Shown: positions 47,531 through 56,876, counted from the stretch's first letter. The stretch is DNA of 64,000 bases from an uncultured virus (IMG/VR IMGVR_UViG_3300025603_000008) (IMGVR_UViG_3300025603_000008); one strand, 5' to 3'. Numbers and translations are program-made. The notes: generated from the sequence alone by a model not told the origin.

Positions 47531-48586
47531 ATGAACAGCATCATAGAACAAATTCACTACGAGGCTTCTACAGCCGAAATGAAACTCTTGGAAAATGCCA
47601 AGCAAATTCTCTCAGATGCTCAAGACACAAAAGTGATTGAAAGTGTAGAGGAACTCAAATCTCTTGGGTTCACCAGTTTCAAGCAAGCTCGTCAACTTGA
47701 GCCAAAAGAACTGGAGAGAGTAAAAGAATTGCAAGCCATCATTACCAAGTATCGAGAGATAGCTTTCAACTATAAATTCATGACCGAGGACGCAGTTTTT
47801 GAGTTGTGTAAAAAGTTCGGCCTCGTACAAGCCCCCGTGAACATATACATTGACAGCATCCCTGTCAAGAATCAAAAGGATTTGATAGCATTCTCTAGAG
47901 ATGAAAAAGTTAAACCATTCTTGGAAAGCCTTTTTATGGAATCACTAGACGTGACTGAGTTCTCTATCAAGGTTGATGGTGAAAATAGAACATGGGACTT
48001 CGCAAAAGCCTATGGAAACAAAAAGCTCACCAAGAAAGCCGCTTGGGAACCAATTAAGACTGTAATTGCAAAATGGGAGTCTTACCAAAGAAGCGCAGGA
48101 AGTCGGTCCACTGAGGGAATGACGGGTATTTTGGAGCACGAAGGCGGAAAGCTTAACAAGAAAGTACTAGACAAGTACGCAGAAATGTTCTTGTCTGCAT
48201 TTAAAGTGCTACACGCACACAAATTTATAAATAACTCAGATGTTATGGGATTCGCTAAAAAAGAAGGCGCCATTGCCAAAGAAAGCTTGGGTATGCACCC
48301 AGTTCTAATTGAAGCTGTCGCTCGCCTGCAAAAGGGAATGACCGAACACAAGATTGAACTCAAAATCATCGCGCCAAAGCACATGCTAAAGCTTGAAGGG
48401 TTTGAGATTGACCAAAAGTTTAGAGTTGTCCCAGAAGGATTTCGAGTTGAAGCACCAGCTGTCGATAAATGGTTTAGAGATGATGACCCAATCATCCAGG
48501 CCAAAGTAAACGGCGGATGGCTCAACGTAACAGCGTGGGGAGACGAGGCAAACATGCCAGGAGTCGCCAACGAGGTACTGAATTAA
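47531..48586 (+). CDS. Hypothetical protein
   Basis: ATG 47531; C-terminal DDPII..GGWL.VTAWGDEA. Confidence 0.75.
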   Translation: MNSIIEQIHYEASTAEMKLLENAKQILSDAQDTKVIESVEELKSLGFTSFKQARQLEPKELERVKELQAIITKYREIAFNYKFMTEDAVFELCKKFGLVQAPVNIYIDSIPVKNQKDLIAFSRDEKVKPFLESLFMESLDVTEFSIKVDGENRTWDFAKAYGNKKLTKKAAWEPIKTVIAKWESYQRSAGSRSTEGMTGILEHEGGKLNKKVLDKYAEMFLSAFKVLHAHKFINNSDVMGFAKKEGAIAKESLGMHPVLIEAVARLQKGMTEHKIELKIIAPKHMLKLEGFEIDQKFRVVPEGFRVEAPAVDKWFRDDDPIIQAKVNGGWLNVTAWGDEANMPGVANEVLN

Positions 48587-48622
48587 AGGTGAGGCCTAGT
48601 CTGACTAGGTCTTTCCTTTTTT

Positions 48623-48651
48623 GTAACCTTTTTTTCGTTTCACCGTATATT
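48623..48651 (+). promoter_or_regulatory. Class A promoter
   Basis: GTAAC-N16-CGTATATT directly after a terminator-like hairpin (~48586-48622). Confidence 0.75.
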
Positions 48652-48669
48652 GCGCAACAACAGCAAATC

Positions 48670-49263
48670 ATGAATAAATACAGTCTTGAGTCTCAAGTGG
48701 ACTCACTATTGAAGCAGCTTGAGGTTGAAACTGGTACAAAACCAGAAGGAATCAAATCTCTTCAAGATGTCGTTGAAGCAGTCAAGCGAAGCGGAAAAGT
48801 AGTAAAATTTGTCTTTGATTCCATCTCCAACATAGAAGAGATAAAGGATTCAGTAGCAAAACACACCGAGCAAGTAGAGTTCGTTGACTCAGGCTTGTTA
48901 AAAGCTTTGTTTAATTCTAACTTCTGTGAAAAAGACGAAGATGACGACGGAAAGGAGATTGTGCAGGAAATCGACTTCTATGAAATCGAATACTCTGGAA
49001 AGACATTCGCCAAAAATAAAGAAGGAGAAACTGAATCCCTGGATTATGAAAACTGGGATATCGTTCAACTCAATGATAAGAACCTTATATTCATGGCAGG
49101 TGGGGATAGGCAAATGCCTTCTTACGTAAAGCTTGGTGTGACAAAAGGAGAATACCTCAAAGTTATTGAGTGTATATCTTCTCAAGACCAACCAAAACAC
49201 GAATACACCAGTCTTAAAAGCATAGACGAGGATGAAATAGTGAAAATGATTAACAACCGATAA
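48670..49263 (+). CDS. Hypothetical protein
   Basis: ATG 48670 after a class A promoter. Confidence 0.65.
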   Translation: MNKYSLESQVDSLLKQLEVETGTKPEGIKSLQDVVEAVKRSGKVVKFVFDSISNIEEIKDSVAKHTEQVEFVDSGLLKALFNSNFCEKDEDDDGKEIVQEIDFYEIEYSGKTFAKNKEGETESLDYENWDIVQLNDKNLIFMAGGDRQMPSYVKLGVTKGEYLKVIECISSQDQPKHEYTSLKSIDEDEIVKMINNR

Positions 49264-49266
49264 AAC

Positions 49267-49295
49267 GTAACTTTTTGGGCGAATATGCGTACATT
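49267..49295 (+). promoter_or_regulatory. Class A promoter upstream of pncB
   Basis: GTAAC-N16-CGTACATT. Confidence 0.75.
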
Positions 49296-49318
49296 TGTAT
49301 AACCACAAATCTTAGCAT

Positions 49319-50554
49319 ATGAAACCAAAGATTAATCAAGGAAAGTATACGCAGAGCACATTTGACTGCGATTTTTACAAAATTAATATGCAATGGGCAT
49401 ACATGATGAAGTTCCCTGATTCACGTTGCAGTTTTGAATACACTCTTAGAAGCGATGTTCAGTGGCCAAAAGGATTTGGCGCAGCGCTCCAGTATCTTTT
49501 CAACCAATACGGAGAGCTTCGAGCTCCAGATAACGCAGAGAAATACCTTCTTGACAATGCTCCTCACTTGCCTTTGGCGGCAATCGATTACCTAATCAAT
49601 TTTAGGTACAATCCAGCAGAGCTACAAATATTTCACGACGAAAAAGAAAATACACTTCGCATAAAAGCTGAGGGTCCAACCGTAAGCGCAATGCGATGGG
49701 AAATTCCTGTCCTATCTACTGTTTCTGAATTGTTTCACGAAATGACTGGAAACGGGCTAGATGATATTAATGTCCAAAAGGCAACAACTGTTGCAGCAGA
49801 GAAAGGGACTCACCTAAACATGAAAGTTATCCCTCACGTTGACTTCGGAAGCCGCAGACGACATAGCTACCAAATTCACGAACAAGTCACTAAAGCTTTA
49901 AGCCGTGCAATTGGTAATGCTTTTATCGGAACCTCAAACATGCACATTGCGATGAAGCACAATCTCAAAATGATTGGCACAACTGGTCACGAATGGCATC
50001 AGTTTCACGCAGGTGTTTATGGCTACAAGATGGCGAATTACCGTGCGATGGAGAATTGGAACAGCGTATACCAGGGGCGAATGGGAATCGTCTTACCAGA
50101 CACATTCACAACAGATTCTTTCCTTGCGTCATTTGACACTTATTACGGACGCCTTTACGACGGCGCTCGTCAAGACAGTGGAGACTGGAAAGCGTGGACT
50201 CTAAAGTTCTACAACAAATACAAAGAACTCGGAATAGACCCGACATCGAAGAATTATGTTTACAGCGATGGAATTAACTCAATGAAGCTGTGCGAAGAGA
50301 TGCGAGACCACTCAAAGAATTTAAAAATTTCTTTTTCTTTAGGAATAGGAACATGGTTTACTTGTGATATCCCAGAAGTGAAACCAATGAATCAAGTCAT
50401 GAAAATGACAAGTATGTCTGTGAATCGATATAGCGATTGGGTATACGTGATTAAGATAGCCGATGGTGTCGGTAAAGAGATAGGGGATAAGCATGAGATT
50501 AAGCTTGCTAAGTTGACTCTTAAAATTCCACAACAAAAACCAATTATAACATGA
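49319..50554 (+). CDS. pncB: Nicotinate phosphoribosyltransferase
   Basis: DCDFYKINMQ, WEIPVLS.VSE, DFGSRRR.S, GTSN, GTTGHEW, DTFTT, GARQDSGD, GIDP..K..VYSDG, GIGT. Confidence 0.9.
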   Translation: MKPKINQGKYTQSTFDCDFYKINMQWAYMMKFPDSRCSFEYTLRSDVQWPKGFGAALQYLFNQYGELRAPDNAEKYLLDNAPHLPLAAIDYLINFRYNPAELQIFHDEKENTLRIKAEGPTVSAMRWEIPVLSTVSELFHEMTGNGLDDINVQKATTVAAEKGTHLNMKVIPHVDFGSRRRHSYQIHEQVTKALSRAIGNAFIGTSNMHIAMKHNLKMIGTTGHEWHQFHAGVYGYKMANYRAMENWNSVYQGRMGIVLPDTFTTDSFLASFDTYYGRLYDGARQDSGDWKAWTLKFYNKYKELGIDPTSKNYVYSDGINSMKLCEEMRDHSKNLKISFSLGIGTWFTCDIPEVKPMNQVMKMTSMSVNRYSDWVYVIKIADGVGKEIGDKHEIKLAKLTLKIPQQKPIIT

Positions 50555-51036
50555 GAGAGAGACGAAAAATACCGCAAGGAAAACTCCCTGAAGACTACAC
50601 TAAAACAAGAATCTGGAAGCAGCTATGTCTCCAGAAAGAACTTGGTTTCGGAGACGCCCTTTTCGGAGGAGAGATGATGGCGTGGGTGGATAAAGCCGCA
50701 GCTATGCATCTTATGGAGAAATCTGAAACTAAGCTCCTTAGAACTGTTCACACAGAAACTGGATTTATATCAAAGGTGAATGCTGGTGATGTAATTCATT
50801 TCTTTGGAGAGGTAATCAACATCGGAAACACATCTATCACTCTTGAAATGGATATCTTTAAAGTAGATGTGGAAAATGGCGATGTATCTCCAGTTGGAAC
50901 TGCCACAACAACGTTTGTCAGAGTTAATGAAGATGGAACAAGCAAGAAAATTCATCACATCGTAAGAAAGAGGATTAAAAAAGAAATTGACGAGAGAAAA
51001 TGCACAATCCCAGAACCACAAGTTATCCATGAATAA
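50551..51036 (+). CDS. HotDog-fold acyl-CoA thioesterase (YciA-like)
   Basis: LFGGEMMAWVDKAA..F...V..GD.I..GNTSI.L..TTFVRV. Confidence 0.8.
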   Translation: MRERRKIPQGKLPEDYTKTRIWKQLCLQKELGFGDALFGGEMMAWVDKAAAMHLMEKSETKLLRTVHTETGFISKVNAGDVIHFFGEVINIGNTSITLEMDIFKVDVENGDVSPVGTATTTFVRVNEDGTSKKIHHIVRKRIKKEIDERKCTIPEPQVIHE

Positions 51037-51673
51037 AATAAAACCAGTAGGCAAAACAGGAAACATCGGAATCTTTTTTGGAAGTTTTAATCCTATAACA
51101 TCTGGACATATCCACGTTGGAGTTGCTTCTGTTGAAGCTAAGTCAGATGGTGTCTCGTTGGATGAATTATGGTTTTGTGTTTCACCACACAACCCACACA
51201 AATGGAAGAAGGGCTTATTGGCTCTGGAGAACCATCGTTGGGATATGGTTGAAAAAGCAATCGAAGAATTGGGAAACCCAAATGTTCATGCGACCAACGT
51301 CGAGTTCTTCCAGGAAACAAAACCAAGCTTCACTCACCACACTCTACAAGAGCTGCAGGAAGATAACCCTGATGCCCAGCTGTTTATTGTGTGTGGAACA
51401 GATACTCACCACAAGATTCAAATTTGGAGAAGTGGGAAATGGATTCACAAGACGTTTAAGTTTTGGGTATTTCCGAGAGACGGAAAACACAAGCCTGCTA
51501 CAAATGAAATCTTGCACAGCAACTCTTACTATCTAGATGCCATTACAACGGAAGCATCTTCCACAGCAATAAGAGATGCAATACGCGATGGGAACTCTAT
51601 CGATGACATGGCACCAAAATCTGTTGTAGATTACATTGAAGAGCACGGTGCATACGACTTTGTGAAAAAATGA
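51029..51673 (+). CDS. nadD: Nicotinate-nucleotide adenylyltransferase
   Basis: GIFFGSFNPITSGH, SPHNPHK, PSFT..TL, GTD, W, SSTAIR. Confidence 0.9.
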   Translation: MNKIKPVGKTGNIGIFFGSFNPITSGHIHVGVASVEAKSDGVSLDELWFCVSPHNPHKWKKGLLALENHRWDMVEKAIEELGNPNVHATNVEFFQETKPSFTHHTLQELQEDNPDAQLFIVCGTDTHHKIQIWRSGKWIHKTFKFWVFPRDGKHKPATNEILHSNSYYLDAITTEASSTAIRDAIRDGNSIDDMAPKSVVDYIEEHGAYDFVKK

Positions 51674-51703
51674 GACATGGCGCACCATGAAAATAAGGAG
51701 TTC

Positions 51704-51799
51704 TTAAATTCTCTTCGATAATCTATTTTTTGTTTTCCCCACATATCTCGGTTTTTGCGTCAAGGGGTCAATTAATTCATAAATACTCACTTTGCTCAT
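51704..51799 (-). pseudogene. GIY-YIG endonuclease N-terminal fragment (31 aa)
   Basis: MSKVSIYELIDPLTQKPRYVGKTKNRLSKRI*; CTATTTAC on minus at 51814-51821. Confidence 0.6.
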
Positions 51800-51844
51800 G
51801 GTGTATTTTTTTAGTAAATAGTTTGAAAAAAAGACACCATCATC

Positions 51845-51873
51845 GTAACTTTAGTAGCTTGTTTGCGTATATT
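51845..51873 (+). promoter_or_regulatory. Class A promoter upstream of nadE
   Basis: GTAAC-N16-CGTATATT. Confidence 0.75.
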
Positions 51874-51892
51874 CGTAAAAAGGAATCACACT

Positions 51893-52738
51893 ATGGAAAC
51901 TGCGGTCAAAACCAATAGCACTCTTGATATCAAAAGCGCCAAGAATCATATCGTCCAATGGATGAATGATTACATGGAAAAGAGTGGTCAAAAAATATGG
52001 ATACTTGGCGTATCTGGCGGTGTGGACTCAGCGTTAGCATCCGCTCTTTGCGCAGAAACAAATTATCCTCTTTTTTGTGTAAGGATGCCAATTCATCAAA
52101 ATGATGAACATGTATCAAGAGCTAACGAACAAATTACTTGGCTTAAAAAAAACTATGACGACGTAGACTCTATAAAACTTGAACTCACTCCCACTTTCGA
52201 CACAATGGTCTCAGACTTTGAAAGAGGTGCTTCTCAGATTCCTTTTGAAGTTGATGAATCCACTGATGAACTTGCTTTAGCAAACGTTAGAAGTCGGCTT
52301 AGAATGATTGGATTGTATTACTATTCAAACAGATTAAGTGGGCTGGTTTGCGGAACTGGAAATAAAGTTGAAGATTTTGGCGTTGGCTTCTTCACGGTCG
52401 GAGGGGATGGTCAAGTTGATTTGTCCCCAATCGCTGACTTGCTCAAAAGCGAAGTTAGAGAGATGGCTAGAGTGATGGGGGTTTCTGAGAACATCCTCAA
52501 CGCAGTTCCTTCTGATGGTCTCTGGGATGATACAAGAAGCGACGAGGACCAGATTGGAGCCGCATACGACGAACTAGAGTGGGCAATGGCCTACTTGGAT
52601 GATGAACCTGCTGGAAACGCAAGAGCACACCTAAGTGAGCGTCAAATAGAGGTTTTGGAGATATTCGAGCAAAGACACAATGCGAATAGACATAAAATGG
52701 ACTCTATCCCAGTGTGCAGCGTATCTGAATTTAGATAA
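51893..52738 (+). CDS. nadE: NH3-dependent NAD+ synthetase
   Basis: GVSGGVDS, ANVRSRLRM, GTGNKVE, GDGQVDLSPIADLLKSEV, PSDGLW, DEDQIG; no glutaminase domain. Confidence 0.95.
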   Translation: METAVKTNSTLDIKSAKNHIVQWMNDYMEKSGQKIWILGVSGGVDSALASALCAETNYPLFCVRMPIHQNDEHVSRANEQITWLKKNYDDVDSIKLELTPTFDTMVSDFERGASQIPFEVDESTDELALANVRSRLRMIGLYYYSNRLSGLVCGTGNKVEDFGVGFFTVGGDGQVDLSPIADLLKSEVREMARVMGVSENILNAVPSDGLWDDTRSDEDQIGAAYDELEWAMAYLDDEPAGNARAHLSERQIEVLEIFEQRHNANRHKMDSIPVCSVSEFR

Positions 52739-52743
52739 CAACG

Positions 52744-53082
52744 ATGTCAGAAGAACTGCTAACAGAAGACGGGAAGTTTGCATGCACTAGATGCAAAGGA
52801 AAAGGATATTCGATACTTAATGATGAAGCCTCCAAGTTTAAAGATGAAAAATGGAGGTGCGCAGCCTGCCGAGGCACTGGCCACGAGATTGAGAGCGTAA
52901 GACTCGATATGGACGTTGCAGAAGGAGGCAGAAAACGGGCAAAAAAGGAGCTGGATGAACTACGTGAGTGGATTAAGAAAACATCCACCTGCAAAACCTG
53001 CGAAGGAAATCAAATGAAAACTTGGGGTGGGATAGGCTGCGAAGAATGTGGGCTTGAGGGCACGTGCCCTTGGCCAGGATAA
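52744..53082 (+). CDS. DnaJ-type CxxCxGxG zinc-finger protein
   Basis: CTRCKGKG, CAACRGTG, CKTCEG, CEECG. Confidence 0.7.
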   Translation: MSEELLTEDGKFACTRCKGKGYSILNDEASKFKDEKWRCAACRGTGHEIESVRLDMDVAEGGRKRAKKELDELREWIKKTSTCKTCEGNQMKTWGGIGCEECGLEGTCPWPG

Positions 53083-53092
53083 AGAGATTACA

Positions 53093-53503
53093 GTGAACAG
53101 CAATAAGCAACAAAGTGGAAGATTAAGATTTGGCGTGGTAGGGTCTAGGGAGTTCCTAGATTACCAGTTGCTTTCAGGCATTTTGAGTCAATACAATATT
53201 GGCCACATCGTGTCTGGTGGGGCAGCTGGTGCCGATACACTTGGTATAGATTATGCAAAGGAAAAAGGAATCCCGTTCGATGAATTTGAGCCCGACTGGG
53301 ATGACTTAACAACCGAACCTTGCAAGATTAAATACAACAAATTTGGCAAGCCATACAACGCTCTGGCGGGGTTCAGTCGGAACCAAACCATAGTGGACAA
53401 CTCTAATTTCATCATTGCGTTCACAAATGGTTCCAGCGGGACAGCAGACACAATCCAAAGAGCCAAAAAAAAAGGAATACCTGTACAAATTGTTGGATTC
53501 TGA
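53093..53503 (+). CDS. SLOG-family (DUF2493/YspA-like) protein
   Basis: GVVGSREF.DY, IVSGGAAGADTLG..YA, AGFSRNQ.IV, IAF..GSSGT. Confidence 0.8.
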   Translation: MNSNKQQSGRLRFGVVGSREFLDYQLLSGILSQYNIGHIVSGGAAGADTLGIDYAKEKGIPFDEFEPDWDDLTTEPCKIKYNKFGKPYNALAGFSRNQTIVDNSNFIIAFTNGSSGTADTIQRAKKKGIPVQIVGF

Positions 53504-53768
53504 TATATACATCGATACGCCCAGAAAGTATGAGACAAAGAGTGGGAAGTGGTCACACATGATTTGTGAGAACCCAGAGAAGCTGCATCTGTTTGCAAAA
53601 TTCTTAACCATATCTAGAAGTCGGTATGAAAACAAAAAAGGAAAAGGCAGGCCACACTACGATATAAAATCGGGAAAGGAATTTGATTCCGCATTGTTAT
53701 CTGGCGCAAAAGAAGTCTCCTCAAAAGAGATAGTCAAGTTATTAAAAAAGCTGAATAATGGGATATAG
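53490..53768 (+). CDS. DUF4031-like protein
   Basis: IYID..KWSHMI..EKLHLFA..PHYDI; probable TTG start. Confidence 0.65.
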   Translation: MLDSDIYIDTPRKYETKSGKWSHMICENPEKLHLFAKFLTISRSRYENKKGKGRPHYDIKSGKEFDSALLSGAKEVSSKEIVKLLKKLNNGI

Positions 53769-54276
53769 AAATTACATAGGGAGCATTCCCAATGAGAAAT
53801 ACGAAGAAGGAAAAGACCTCACACAAGAAGAGTCTGAAAAACTATACGGGGAAGACTTCTTCTCGGCGCGGGACCTGGAGGAATTTAAAAAGCTCCATTG
53901 TTTTGGAAAATACCGCGAGCTTGGCATTGAAAAGCACTTGGAGAAATTTTACACAAACAACGAAAACATATACGAGGATTGCGATTTTCATCTAATATCT
54001 AAAGAAGGATATCTGGAAATTATTGAGTGGCATAGAGCTAAAATCTTAGCGTATTACAAAAGCCTTTTAATCAGAGATACGCAAGCCACAACCATACACA
54101 TCGGGCTCATTATTGGGGAGTGGGAAAAAGGCAATCCCCCATACAGTCTAGATGAAGATGAAGATAAAGACGAGATTGTTTCGAGTTGGAGGTACGAATA
54201 TTCTATATTTGAACTGGTCCGCATTTTTAAGACATTCGATTGGGAAAATAGCAAAATGGTCTGGTATGGATTCTGA
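53758..54276 (+). CDS. Hypothetical protein
   Basis: 172 aa; MGYRNYIG..SWRYEY.IFELVRI.KTFDWE. Confidence 0.7.
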   Translation: MGYRNYIGSIPNEKYEEGKDLTQEESEKLYGEDFFSARDLEEFKKLHCFGKYRELGIEKHLEKFYTNNENIYEDCDFHLISKEGYLEIIEWHRAKILAYYKSLLIRDTQATTIHIGLIIGEWEKGNPPYSLDEDEDKDEIVSSWRYEYSIFELVRIFKTFDWENSKMVWYGF

Positions 54277-54325
54277 TTGTTGTTTTATAAAAAAACTTTA
54301 TGTTTAAACTTTAAACTACCTTTGC

Positions 54326-54868
54326 ATGAATACGAAATTATACAAAGAAGCTTTCTTAGACGTTCGCAGAATTAACACTCTGGACCCTGTTACGCCTGAA
54401 TTAAGATTATGCAAAGTCTTGGAGGAGATGGGTGAACTAGCTCAGTTGGTCAATAAGAGACTGGGGAGAAAAGTGGCTAAAGAAACTGAAGAGGAGCTAA
54501 ACGCCCGCGTCCATGAAGAATTAGCAGACGTAGTTCAATGCGTTTATTCATGGCTAGACTCATCTAGTATAAAAACACAAGATTGTGAAAAAGTTCTAGA
54601 GCACATCAACATCCCAATGAAACACAACAGGACTCTCTCTGAGCTGTTGATATCGGTCTTCAAAAAAACTACAGAACTATCTCCAGACCGCATAGGCTGT
54701 TCCAGCACAGCAGGAATCTTGACGGATGCGATTCTTATTGCGAAAGAATTCGGTCTATCATTTGACGATATCAACACTATGGTGTTGATAAAGAATAAAA
54801 AGTGGGAAAAGATAGCTGGAGAGCGCCAAGAGAAAGAAAAGACTGGCTTGTGGCCATTCTCACGATGA
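54326..54868 (+). CDS. MazG-like protein
   Basis: KVLEEMGELAQ..HEELADVVQC..K.KKW. Confidence 0.65.
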   Translation: MNTKLYKEAFLDVRRINTLDPVTPELRLCKVLEEMGELAQLVNKRLGRKVAKETEEELNARVHEELADVVQCVYSWLDSSSIKTQDCEKVLEHINIPMKHNRTLSELLISVFKKTTELSPDRIGCSSTAGILTDAILIAKEFGLSFDDINTMVLIKNKKWEKIAGERQEKEKTGLWPFSR

Positions 54869-54895
54869 AACCAAAGTATAATCTAAACGTACATT
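54867..54895 (+). promoter_or_regulatory. Class A promoter
   Basis: GAAAC-N16-CGTACATT. Confidence 0.7.
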
Positions 54896-54898
54896 AGA

Positions 54899-55177
54899 AT
54901 GAAAGCAGAGAATTTTGAATATTGGTTGCAAGGGTTTTTTGAAATTAGTGAATCCAATTCACTGACAGCCAACCAAACCGCTTTGATAAAGAAGCATTTG
55001 GAGCTTGTAACCGAGACAAGCGTTTTCATAGAGACGATAAGGGATTTCTTATCACTCAACTTTGGAGCCCTAGGGGAGCCATCGACCAAAGAAATTAGGA
55101 CAATGTTGTCCGCTCAATTTACAGAAGAAACCAAAGGGAAAACAAAGCAAGGCTCTAGCCTTCTTCGTTCCTGTTAA
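54899..55177 (+). CDS. Phage hypothetical protein
   Basis: F.YWLQGFFEIS..LT..Q..IKKHL.LV. Confidence 0.65.
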   Translation: MKAENFEYWLQGFFEISESNSLTANQTALIKKHLELVTETSVFIETIRDFLSLNFGALGEPSTKEIRTMLSAQFTEETKGKTKQGSSLLRSC

Positions 55178-55183
55178 AAAGCA

Positions 55184-56341
55184 ATGTTTAAATTTCCATT
55201 CTATACCGATAACGCAGACGACCTCAAGTGGGACGAAATCACTGCTGCATTCCCGTGGGTAAAAGACATGGTGGATGTGGAACAAGACTCTATTTGGCAT
55301 GCCGAAGGGAATGTGAACATCCACACTAGAATGGTTACGCAAGCACTCCTGCGTCTTCCTGAGTTCCATCTGGAATCAGAACAAGACCGACATATCCTAT
55401 TTGCGTCAGCCTTACTTCACGACGTTGAAAAGCGTAGCACCACTATCAGAGAGTGGAGCGAAGAAGAGAAAAGAGAGGTTGTTGGGGCCCCAAGACACGC
55501 CAAGAAAGGCGAATACACCGCCAGAGACATTCTTTACAGAGAATTCGACTGCCCATTTGAGATTCGAGAGAAGATATGCAAGATGGTTAGGTGGCACGGA
55601 GTCCCGCTTTGGGCAATGGATAAAAAAGACCCAACAAAGACAGTAATAGATTCTAGCCTTCACATCAAAAACCGATGGTTAGGGATGTTTGCCAAAGCAG
55701 ATGCAATAGGAAGAAGCTGCGCAGACCTAGACAGTCTTTTATTGAGGATTGAAATATTTGAAGAGATATGTAAGGACCATAGCGTGTGGGACGAGCCGTA
55801 TGAATTCAAAAGCGAACTCGGACAATTCCTATACTTCTACGATGAAGACAAAACATACCCAGACTACGAGCCATACGATGACTACGTAGGCGAGGTCACA
55901 ATCCTCTGCGGTTTGCCTGGGGCTGGAAAATCAACCTACATCAAAGATAGACACGGGAGTGCTCCTGTTGTGTCTATGGATGCCATTCGAAGGGAAAGGA
56001 AAATAAAGCGTGGAGATAAGAAGGCGGAAGGCCAGATGCTTCAGCACGTAAAAGAACTTGCCAAGACTTACTTGAGAAAAAGCACGCCCTTTATTTGGGA
56101 TGCCACAAACATCACAAGGAACGACAGAGGCAAGTTGATAGACATGGCTGTCACTTACAAATACAAAGTGAAGATTGTCTACATTGAGCCAGATTACAAA
56201 ACACTATTACAGCAAAACAGCGATAGAGAATACAAGGTACCAGAATCTACTATCAAAGGATATTTGAGGGGCCTAGAAGTTCCCAGTCCATCGGAGGCTT
56301 ATGTTGTTAAATACATTACGCCCGATGCCAAAAGAACTTAA
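55184..56341 (+). CDS. HD-domain phosphoesterase fused to P-loop polynucleotide kinase (HD-Pnk-like)
   Basis: QDSIWHAEGNV..HT, LLHDVEK, HAKKGE, VRWHG, AD..GR; GLPGAGKST, S.D.IR, WDATN. Confidence 0.85.
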   Translation: MFKFPFYTDNADDLKWDEITAAFPWVKDMVDVEQDSIWHAEGNVNIHTRMVTQALLRLPEFHLESEQDRHILFASALLHDVEKRSTTIREWSEEEKREVVGAPRHAKKGEYTARDILYREFDCPFEIREKICKMVRWHGVPLWAMDKKDPTKTVIDSSLHIKNRWLGMFAKADAIGRSCADLDSLLLRIEIFEEICKDHSVWDEPYEFKSELGQFLYFYDEDKTYPDYEPYDDYVGEVTILCGLPGAGKSTYIKDRHGSAPVVSMDAIRRERKIKRGDKKAEGQMLQHVKELAKTYLRKSTPFIWDATNITRNDRGKLIDMAVTYKYKVKIVYIEPDYKTLLQQNSDREYKVPESTIKGYLRGLEVPSPSEAYVVKYITPDAKRT

Positions 56342-56533
56342 ATACCCAACTCAAGCTCCAGCATCAACAGCAAAACGCTGCTCGGACTTTGATGAAGAAT
56401 GCAAAAACGTTGAGAACCACACCTCATGTTGGTTTCACAATGGATGCGCAGACGGATACTGCCCTTTTCTCCAAACACTAAATTAAACAAAAGTGAGCCA
56501 TGACTTTTTATGGCTTGAAGAAAAAGTAGCAGA

Positions 56534-56800
56534 ATGAGTACAGAAGATGTAAAAGTAAAAATGAGCACATGCCAAACTTGTCAAGGAGTGGTGAGAGCTG
56601 CAATTGAACACAAGATGAATGTCAAATCTAAAAACAGTTTTGCCAAAGAAGTTATGGAACACAATTTATCGGTAACCTCAATTACACTGTTGGAATACAA
56701 AAAGGGAGTAGCGTTCTGTGAATGCCCATTGCAATCTAAAAAAGGACCGCTAGGCCTGCCTCCAAAATCAGCGATTGATACAAGAGGGAGCGCTAAATAA
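56534..56800 (+). CDS. Hypothetical protein
   Basis: 88 aa with CxxC and CxC. Confidence 0.55.
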   Translation: MSTEDVKVKMSTCQTCQGVVRAAIEHKMNVKSKNSFAKEVMEHNLSVTSITLLEYKKGVAFCECPLQSKKGPLGLPPKSAIDTRGSAK

Positions 56801-56876
56801 TTTACCTCCAAAGCAGAGTTTGATTTAATAAGAATTATGATTATATTTGCTGTGAGTGTATATAAAGCACAGCAAA

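Noticed and set aside
49319..50554. Nicotinamide phosphoribosyltransferase (NARP2) assignment
   Set aside because: Motifs (WEIP, DFGSRRR, GTTGHEW, RQDSGD, YSDG) fit PncB, and linkage to nadE implies the deamidated route
53465..53474. A9G slippage fusing the SLOG and DUF4031-like ORFs
   Set aside because: It would need a +1 shift and truncate the SLOG C-terminus; TTG starts at 53490/53493 explain the downstream gene
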